The notes under the pieces were generated by a model. That model was not told the DNA's origin, did not search any database, and saw only the letters and a program-made list of their open reading frames with translations. From Opitutaceae bacterium (lineage in GTDB: Bacteria; Verrucomicrobiota; Verrucomicrobiia; Opitutales; Opitutaceae): DNA of 64,000 nt. The stretch is taken from assembly GCA_019455245.1 (NCBI GenBank), contig JACFMR010000019.1, positions 10,604 through 74,603 on the forward strand, given 5' to 3'. The stretch's first letter is position 1; each line of letters opens with the position of its first letter. Shown in pieces: positions 58,162 to 64,000 of this stretch. Both the position numbers and the translations under genes were made by a program.

Positions 58162-58190
58162 AAAAAGCCGACACCTGCGGATGTCGGCTT
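58162..58190 (-). terminator. intrinsic terminator after blaR1-like gene
   Basis: Minus-strand AGCCGACA-(8 nt)-TGTCGGCT followed by TTTTT, ~50 nt after the stop at 58239. Confidence 0.7.
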
Positions 58191-58238
58191 GCTCTGGCTC
58201 CGGCCGCAGCCGGAGTTTTCGATCCAGAAAATGAGATC

Positions 58239-59525
58239 CTATTTCTTGCCTGGATTTATACTGAACACGATCGGCACCACCAGACGCGTGTTCACCTTCC
58301 GTCCTCCCTTGATCCCTGGCAGGAATTTCCACTGGATCACGGCCTCCAACGCAGCCTGCCCAAACTCCGGACGAGTAGCGAAGACGACCTCGGGATTCCT
58401 TACAACACCGTCGCTATCGATGACGATCGCGATCCTTGCCTCTCCTTCGATCTTGGCGTCCCGAAGCTCAGGCGGATATGTCGGTCTGACCTGCTCCACT
58501 GGTCGCGGCGCGTAATCGACCGGCAGGGTCATGATGGACTCTTCCACCGAGGGTGCAGAAGCTCCGGTGGTAAAAACAAAACCAACGAGAGCGATAAGCA
58601 TGATAGTTAATCGTAACATGGGATGATCCTTTTCTTTGATGGGTTTCAATATGGTCGCGAGGCGGGCACTCAGCCCGCTGCGCGCCATCCCCGAAACCCC
58701 CGGCACATCCAATCCCATGGAAAATCGGGCCGCCTTGAACAGCCCCTGGGCGTAGGTTTCACCGTCACGAGTCCTGCGCACGACTGCTTCGTCGCAGGCC
58801 CGCTCGCTTTCCAGGATGAGGCGGCGATGCAGCCACCACACCAACGGATGAAACCAGCAGACACAGACGATCGCCGTCTGCAGCAGCCGCCAGAGGTTGT
58901 CCCGCCGCGCGACGTGGGCGAGTTCGTGCAGCAGCACGGCCTCGGTTTCATCGGGACTGAGGGAGTGAAGGAGTTCACGGGGAACGTGAATCCTGGATCG
59001 AAAAATGCCGGATACTCCCGGGGTTGTTTGGGCCGAGGTCAGCCAGCCGGTCACTCGTGTCGGGTTTATGCCAATGGTCGCGGCAAGCGCAGCCAGCTGC
59101 TGTTCTTCGTCCGGATCGAAACGCTGCCGGTCCCCACGCAATTGCCGGGCAAACTGCACCGCGCGCACCATCGCAATGGCGGCGAAGAAAATCACCCCTG
59201 ACAGCCAGATCAGCGCTCCTGCGCGCCAGATGACATCACCTGAGAACCAGTGCGGCGGCACGGGCGCTGCATTGTCCGTTACACGCAGCGCCGGCAGCCA
59301 GGCCCCGGACAGCAGCTGTGAAGGCCCGGTCGGAATTGCCAAACCCAGCAGGGCCAACGGCAGGAGAAACTTGGCCAACCCTGCCCACGCAACGCCGTAG
59401 CTGAGCCGCGCGGACATGGACGGGAAGGCCAGCAATAACGCCGCGATCAACAAACCGAACAACGTGGCCTGATACAGGTGGGCCAGGAGAGGAGCGAAGA
59501 ACGCAGGCAGCACCGAGGGGCTCAT
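58239..59525 (-). CDS. BlaR1-type M56 peptidase sensor fused to a TonB C-terminal domain
   Basis: M56 zinc motif LLHELAHVARRDNLW. Multiple TM segments. C-terminal TonB_C pattern (RPTYPPELRDAKIEGEARIAIVIDSDGVV...). Confidence 0.85.
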   Translation of the reverse strand: MSPSVLPAFFAPLLAHLYQATLFGLLIAALLLAFPSMSARLSYGVAWAGLAKFLLPLALLGLAIPTGPSQLLSGAWLPALRVTDNAAPVPPHWFSGDVIWRAGALIWLSGVIFFAAIAMVRAVQFARQLRGDRQRFDPDEEQQLAALAATIGINPTRVTGWLTSAQTTPGVSGIFRSRIHVPRELLHSLSPDETEAVLLHELAHVARRDNLWRLLQTAIVCVCWFHPLVWWLHRRLILESERACDEAVVRRTRDGETYAQGLFKAARFSMGLDVPGVSGMARSGLSARLATILKPIKEKDHPMLRLTIMLIALVGFVFTTGASAPSVEESIMTLPVDYAPRPVEQVRPTYPPELRDAKIEGEARIAIVIDSDGVVRNPEVVFATRPEFGQAALEAVIQWKFLPGIKGGRKVNTRLVVPIVFSINPGKK

Positions 59526-59528
59526 GGT

Positions 59529-59900
59529 TCAGCGGCGTTTGCCCAACAGGGCCTCGATTTCCTTGATCTCCTTGAGGCTGATCTGTCCTGACTCCACCAG
59601 ATGGGAGACCAAAGGCACCGGCGAGCCTCCGAGATGGTTGACGAGTTGATCAACGAGCGAACCAACGGCTGATTTGCGCGGAATAGTGGGCGCGAAGATA
59701 TGGGCGTTGCCAATTTTCTTCACCCGCCTGACCGCACCTTTCTCCTCCAACCGGTAGATCATGGTCTGCACCGTGGTGTATTCCGGCCGGCGGGTCTTGG
59801 GCAGCGCCTCCAAAATCTCACGAATCGACGCCTGCTCCAACTGCCAGAGCGGCTCCATCAGTTCCAATTCAATGCGGGTCAGGCGAGGTGACGTAGCCAT
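59529..59900 (-). CDS. BlaI/MecI/CopY-family transcriptional repressor
   Basis: Winged helix LTRIELELMEPLWQLEQASIREILEAL...TTVQTMIYRLEEKG. 3 nt upstream of the blaR1-like gene. Confidence 0.85.
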   Translation of the reverse strand: MATSPRLTRIELELMEPLWQLEQASIREILEALPKTRRPEYTTVQTMIYRLEEKGAVRRVKKIGNAHIFAPTIPRKSAVGSLVDQLVNHLGGSPVPLVSHLVESGQISLKEIKEIEALLGKRR

Positions 59901-59911
59901 GATTGCATAAG

Positions 59912-59953
59912 TTCTACTATCGATGTGGTTTCTTCTACTATATGCGTAGTAGA
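59912..59953. promoter_or_regulatory. candidate BlaI-family operator
   Basis: TTCTACTAT repeated at 59912 and 59933 (21-nt spacing). The second copy is part of the palindrome TCTACTA-N6-TAGTAGA. AT-rich region 12-53 nt upstream of the blaI ATG. Confidence 0.55.
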
Positions 59954-60102
59954 TAGCAAGATAATTTTAAGTGCTCCAGCAACTGCCACCACCCGACAAG
60001 CCACTCATTCGCACGGATCGCATCAGGGTTCCGTTTGCCCCATTTCTCCAATTGTCACCCGCAGGGATCATGCTCCAACCTCACGTCCAACCCATCGCCC
60101 CC

Positions 60103-61440
60103 ATGCTCGAACGCCTCTTCAAGCTGACCCAGCACGGCACCACCGCCGGTCGCGAGGTGCAGGCCGGTTGCACCACGTTTGCCGCGATGGCCTACATCCT
60201 CGCGGTCAATCCCGCGATCCTCGCCGCCGCCGGCATGCCGGTCGCGGGCCTGATCACCGTGACGGCGGTGAGCGCGGCGGTCAGCACGCTGTTGATGGCG
60301 TGCTTCACCAACTTTCCGCTGGCGCTGGCGCCCGGCATGGGGATCAACGCCTATTTCGCCTACACCGTTTGCGTGGGCCTGGGCGTGCCCTGGCAGCAGG
60401 CCTTGGGTCTGGTTTTCATCAACGGCCTCGCGTTTCTCGCCCTCTCGCTCTCGGGCGTGCGGGAAAAGATCATCAACGTCATCCCGTATCAGCTGAAGAT
60501 GGCGATCACCGCGGGCATCGGGCTGTTCATCGCGTTCATCGGCCTGCAAAACGGCGGCCTTATCACCGCCAGCCCCGCGACCATGGTCACGCACGGCCCG
60601 CTCGGTGCACCACCGGTGCTGCTGTGTTTCGCCGGCATCCTGCTGACCTTGGTGCTGATGGTGCGGCGCGCACGCGGTGTCATCATCCTTTCGATCCTGA
60701 TCATCACGCTGACCGGCCTGCTGGTGCCCGACGGCCACGGCGGTACGGTCACCAAGTGGCCCACCAGCTTCGTCTCGCCCCCGGCATCCATGGCGGACAC
60801 CTTTCTCGCGCTGGAATTCGGCTATTTTCAGGTCGATCCGCTGAAGGCCACCACCGTGGTGCTGACGCTCCTGCTCATCGCCATCTTTGACAACGTCGGC
60901 ACGTTGATCGGGGTCACGCATCGCGCCGGCTTGCTGGACAAGGACGGCAAACTGCCCGGCGCCGGCCGAGCGCTCGCGGCCGACTCGCTCGGGGTGATCG
61001 CCTCGGCGCTTTTCGGCACGTCGAACGTGGTCAGCTACATCGAATCGGCTTCGGGCGTGGAGGCCGGCGGCCGCACGGGTCTGGTGGGCGTGACGGTCGC
61101 GCTGCTGTTCATCGCCGCTCTGTTCTTTACGCCGCTGATCGCCGCCATCCCGGCGGTGGCCACCGCCCCGGCGTTGATTGTGGTGGGCGTTTTCATGTTC
61201 CAGTCAGTGGCGCAGATCGATCTCCACGATCTGCGTGAAGTCGGACCCGCGTTCATCATCATCCTGGCCACTCCCCTCACCTACAGCATCGCCGAAGGCA
61301 TCGGTCTCGGCCTGGTAGCCTACACCATCGTGCACCTCGCCACCGGCCGGGCCAAGCAAACGCCCGTGCTCGTCTACATCCTCGCCGCCGTCTTCGCGGT
61401 GCACCTCTTCCGCGACCTGTGGACCTATGTCGCTAGATGA
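60103..61440 (+). CDS. NCS2/AzgA-family purine (adenine/guanine/hypoxanthine) permease
   Basis: MLERLFKLTQHGTTAGREVQAGCTTFAAMAYILAVNPAIL matches the AdeP/GhxP N-terminus. Start at ATG 60103. Confidence 0.9.
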   Translation: MLERLFKLTQHGTTAGREVQAGCTTFAAMAYILAVNPAILAAAGMPVAGLITVTAVSAAVSTLLMACFTNFPLALAPGMGINAYFAYTVCVGLGVPWQQALGLVFINGLAFLALSLSGVREKIINVIPYQLKMAITAGIGLFIAFIGLQNGGLITASPATMVTHGPLGAPPVLLCFAGILLTLVLMVRRARGVIILSILIITLTGLLVPDGHGGTVTKWPTSFVSPPASMADTFLALEFGYFQVDPLKATTVVLTLLLIAIFDNVGTLIGVTHRAGLLDKDGKLPGAGRALAADSLGVIASALFGTSNVVSYIESASGVEAGGRTGLVGVTVALLFIAALFFTPLIAAIPAVATAPALIVVGVFMFQSVAQIDLHDLREVGPAFIIILATPLTYSIAEGIGLGLVAYTIVHLATGRAKQTPVLVYILAAVFAVHLFRDLWTYVAR

Positions 61441-61442
61441 AT

Positions 61443-61465
61443 AGTGTCACGTATTACGTGACACT
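61443..61465. repeat. 23-nt perfect palindrome AGTGTCACGTA-T-TACGTGACACT (copy 2)
   Basis: Starts 3 nt after the permease stop codon. Reverse-complement form of the 41442 copy. Confidence 0.8.
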
Positions 61466-61574
61466 CGCCCGATCGCTCGCGATGGCATCCTGAGCCACTC
61501 GACTGTTCTGCGCATGGCCGGAAGACATCAGATATTACTGATCAACTGGGCTATGCAGCAGACCCATCCGAGCC

Positions 61575-61597
61575 AGTGTCACGTAATACGTGACACT
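61575..61597. repeat. 23-nt perfect palindrome AGTGTCACGTA-A-TACGTGACACT (copy 3)
   Basis: Identical to 41442..41464 including the flanking CC..TT. Followed by TTTTGTGTTTG. 109 nt from copy 2. Confidence 0.8.
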
Positions 61598-61682
61598 TTT
61601 GTGTTTGATCCGCCCGTTATTGCGGATTCTTGCGCGGGCGATGGCTTTACGCAGGGCGGATCGTGACTGATGCCGGGAGGGC

Positions 61683-62459
61683 TCAGAACTGCCAGCCGAA
61701 GCGGAGGATGGGCGAAAAATCGGGAGCGGCCTTGGTAACTCCGGCGTATATGGCCAGATCCAGCCAGCCGCGCTCACCCAAGGTCCTGATGATGCCCAAG
61801 CCGGCTTCGCCCCACCAATTCGCCGAGTCGGCCCGATCCACCCAAATGCTGGCCTCGGTATAACCCGACCACGTTTCGGACCAAAGGCGGGTCCATGCCG
61901 TGCTGGCGTAAAGCGCCACATCGCGCCCGCCCGCCGTGTCGTCGATCCAGTCGCCCCCGAGATTGATGTGCAAGGTGCTATCGGTGCCAACCGGCCGGCC
62001 ATACACGAGCACCAGCCCCGGGTCGGTGGCGCCATTGCCTATCCCATCGCCGGCCAACGGCAGTTTGACGTAGGGCAACAGCGCCCATGCCGGCCCTTCT
62101 GATTCATCGCCCGCGAAGTTCCATTTGGCCCGTAACCAACCGTCACCACCGCCCCGGTAACGCTCGTTGGCGGCGCCGGTCACGCGCTCCTGCCGCCACA
62201 TTTCGTAACCGAACTGGAGGTCGAACTTTTCGGTGAGCCCGGTGGAAAACAGCAACGACCCCGCCAGCGTGGAACGGTAGTGCAGGCCGTCGTTGAAAGG
62301 CGTATGGCGATCCACGGTGACGCCGAACATGTCCGCTTCCAGCAGCCATGCGCCCACCGGTGCGGTGGTCGGCGCCTCGGACCGCTGGGCGGCCAAATTT
62401 CCGGCACACAACCATGCACCCGCCACCAAGAGCAGACGACGCAACAGCCGCAAGTTCAT
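61683..62459 (-). CDS. outer-membrane beta-barrel protein (MetA-pathway/transporter-like)
   Basis: Signal peptide MNLRLLRRLLLVAGAWLCAGNLAAQ, alternating aromatic/Gly-rich strands, C-terminal RFGWQF. Start at ATG 62459. Family is tentative. Confidence 0.65.
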   Translation of the reverse strand: MNLRLLRRLLLVAGAWLCAGNLAAQRSEAPTTAPVGAWLLEADMFGVTVDRHTPFNDGLHYRSTLAGSLLFSTGLTEKFDLQFGYEMWRQERVTGAANERYRGGGDGWLRAKWNFAGDESEGPAWALLPYVKLPLAGDGIGNGATDPGLVLVYGRPVGTDSTLHINLGGDWIDDTAGGRDVALYASTAWTRLWSETWSGYTEASIWVDRADSANWWGEAGLGIIRTLGERGWLDLAIYAGVTKAAPDFSPILRFGWQF

Positions 62460-62479
62460 GCAGGCATCCATGGTGCGGC

Positions 62480-63919
62480 TTACGCAAACATCCGCCAGAC
62501 GAAAGCGACCGCAAACGTCACCGCGAATCCCAAAGCCAGCGGCAGCAACGTGGCGACCGTGGTCCACTTGGCGCTGCCGGTTTCCTTGTAGATCGTATAG
62601 ATCGTGGTGCTGCACGGATTGTGCAGCAGGCTGAAAAGCATGAGGTTCACCGCCGTGAGCAGCGTCCAACCGCCGCCGACCAGCACCGCCTTGGTGGACT
62701 CCAGCGAGTCGAGTTCAAACATCACGCCGGCGCCCTCGCCCACCCCGGCCATGCCGCCGGCCAGCACCGTGAGCATCAGCACGGTCGGCAGCACGATCTC
62801 GTTTGCGGGGATGGCGACGACATAGGCGAGCAAGATCACGCCGTTGAGGCCCAAGAGCACGGCAAACGGATCGAGCCGGTGGATCAACCAGTGCGCGAGA
62901 CTGGCATCGCCCAAGGGCACATTGGCGATCAGCCAGATGACCGCGCCGGCGGGCACGGCGAAAACCAGCGCGCGCCACAGCACGAAGATCGTGCGGTCGA
63001 TGAGCGAGGTGTAGAGCGTCTGCAGCAATTGCGGCGGCCGGTAAGGCGGCAGTTCGAGGCTGAAAGCCGAGACCTCGCCCTTGAGCACAGTGCGCGACAG
63101 CAGCCATGCCACGAGCAGCGTGAATCCGATGCCGAGCAGGGCCACGCCGGTCACCGCCGCGGCCGAAACCAGACCCGCCCAGTGCGCCGGCGCCAGGCTG
63201 CCGATGAAAATCGTGCCGATGAGAATCTGCGTCGGCCAGCGACCGTTGCAGAGGGAAAAATTGTTGGTGAGAATCGCGATGAGCCGTTCGCGCGGGCTGT
63301 CGATGATGCGCGTGGAAACCACCCCCGCGGCGTTGCAGCCGAAACCCATCATCGTGGTCATCGACTGCTTGCCGTGCGCCCCGACGGTTTTGAACACGCG
63401 GTCGAGATTGAAGGCCACGCGCGGCAGGTAGCCGAAGTCCTCGAGCAAGGTGAACAACGGGAAAAAGATCGCCATGGGCGGCAGCATCACGCTGACGACC
63501 CACGCCAGCGAAAGATACATCCCGTCCACCAACAGGCCCGTCAGCCACCACGGCAGGCCGATCGCGGCCGCGCCTTCACGCAGAATCGGCCAACCCGTGT
63601 CGACCAGCAACGAGGCCAACCACCCCGAAGGCGCGTTGGAACCGATGATGGTGAGCCAGAACATGAGCGCGAAAAGCAGCAGCATGATCGGGAAACCCCA
63701 GATGCGGCTGGTGAGCACACGGTCGAGCAGCCGGTCCAGCGTGGGCCGCGCGCTGCGTTCCGGCCGGCTCGCGGCGCGGTCCGCGATGCGGGCGGCGTCG
63801 GCATAGATCGCCTCGACGATGTGTTCGTGCACATCGCCGCTGATCTCGGCGCGCAGCCGCTGCGCGGCGGCGAGAATGGCGGCGGGATCGGGCGCGGGGG
63901 ATGAAGCGGTGGCAGCCAT
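62480..63919 (-). CDS. feoB: FeoB-type ferrous iron transporter, membrane (nucleoside-recognition/gate) portion without G domain
   Basis: No P-loop. N-terminus [41 protein letters not shown] aligns with the post-G-domain segment of FeoB. ~8-10 TM segments. Confidence 0.75.
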   Translation of the reverse strand: MAATASSPAPDPAAILAAAQRLRAEISGDVHEHIVEAIYADAARIADRAASRPERSARPTLDRLLDRVLTSRIWGFPIMLLLFALMFWLTIIGSNAPSGWLASLLVDTGWPILREGAAAIGLPWWLTGLLVDGMYLSLAWVVSVMLPPMAIFFPLFTLLEDFGYLPRVAFNLDRVFKTVGAHGKQSMTTMMGFGCNAAGVVSTRIIDSPRERLIAILTNNFSLCNGRWPTQILIGTIFIGSLAPAHWAGLVSAAAVTGVALLGIGFTLLVAWLLSRTVLKGEVSAFSLELPPYRPPQLLQTLYTSLIDRTIFVLWRALVFAVPAGAVIWLIANVPLGDASLAHWLIHRLDPFAVLLGLNGVILLAYVVAIPANEIVLPTVLMLTVLAGGMAGVGEGAGVMFELDSLESTKAVLVGGGWTLLTAVNLMLFSLLHNPCSTTIYTIYKETGSAKWTTVATLLPLALGFAVTFAVAFVWRMFA

Positions 63920-63927
63920 GGTCAGGT

Positions 63928-64000
63928 TCAGGAAGCCGTGGACACCGTGGGGTTGGCGCGGTCGAAATCGGTGCGGGCAGGAATCGCGAGATTGCCCAGC
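63928..64000 (-). CDS. 3' end of an upstream gene (possibly the FeoB G-domain half)
   Basis: Minus frame ..[23 protein letters not shown]-stop with GC3-rich codons, ending 8 nt before the feoB-like ATG. Identity not determinable from 23 codons. Confidence 0.35.
   Translation of the reverse strand, partial: LGNLAIPARTDFDRANPTVSTAS

Noticed and set aside
58013-58234. 73-aa ORF in the amidohydrolase/blaR1 spacer
   Set aside because: It is Arg/Ser/Pro-rich, overlaps terminator hairpins, and has no start-site context. It is more likely non-coding.
59901-60102. Possible purine riboswitch upstream of the purine permease
   Set aside because: I could not find the conserved purine-riboswitch core (the U-rich junction and paired loop motifs). 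The AT-rich part is better explained as the divergent blaI promoter/operator.

Overview
This is a high-GC bacterial chromosomal segment (roughly two-thirds G+C by eye), densely coding on both strands. I support about 57 protein-coding genes. I recognised no rRNA, tRNA, CRISPR array, transposase or integrase. The gene repertoire (BlaR1-TonB fusion, PPi-dependent PFK, KorAB, many GC-rich intergenic hairpins) would fit a Verrucomicrobiota/Opitutaceae-like organism, but I cannot verify that without a search.

Gene content, in order:
- Chaperones htpG and an Hsp70/YegD-like ATPase, with a vapBC toxin-antitoxin pair between them
- An AraC / PhyH dioxygenase / nucleoside hydrolase cluster
- ppk1 followed by a five-gene Yej/Opp-type peptide ABC importer
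- A fused double adenylate kinase directly upstream of a two-domain PPK2 (PAP-type)
- A PAS / hybrid histidine kinase / SulP-STAS-cNMP signalling-transport cluster
- An ABC-F ATPase
- YafY plus two VOC genes, and korAB
- PPi-dependent phosphofructokinase
- A family-B DNA polymerase
- proS-clpS
- An argA / nitrilase / AAC(6')-like GNAT operon
- A ribose-type sugar ABC operon with RidA and an amidohydrolase
- blaI-blaR1(TonB_C)
- A purine permease
- A split feoB with an outer-membrane barrel gene

Most noteworthy observations:
1. The tandem-Adk plus PAP-type PPK2 operon, a candidate natural polyP-to-ATP module.
2. An AT-rich secreted orphan ORF bracketed by an imperfect direct duplication of the 3' end of a VOC gene.
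3. A five-copy family of 23-nt palindromes (TGTCAC-N7-GTGACA core), found only in intergenic regions and mostly at convergent gene ends.
4. A family of gene-3'-end hairpins with an invariant TTG-CCCT-CAA apex, compensatory stem changes and consistent sense orientation.

All functional calls rest on motif recognition by eye; no database search was run.
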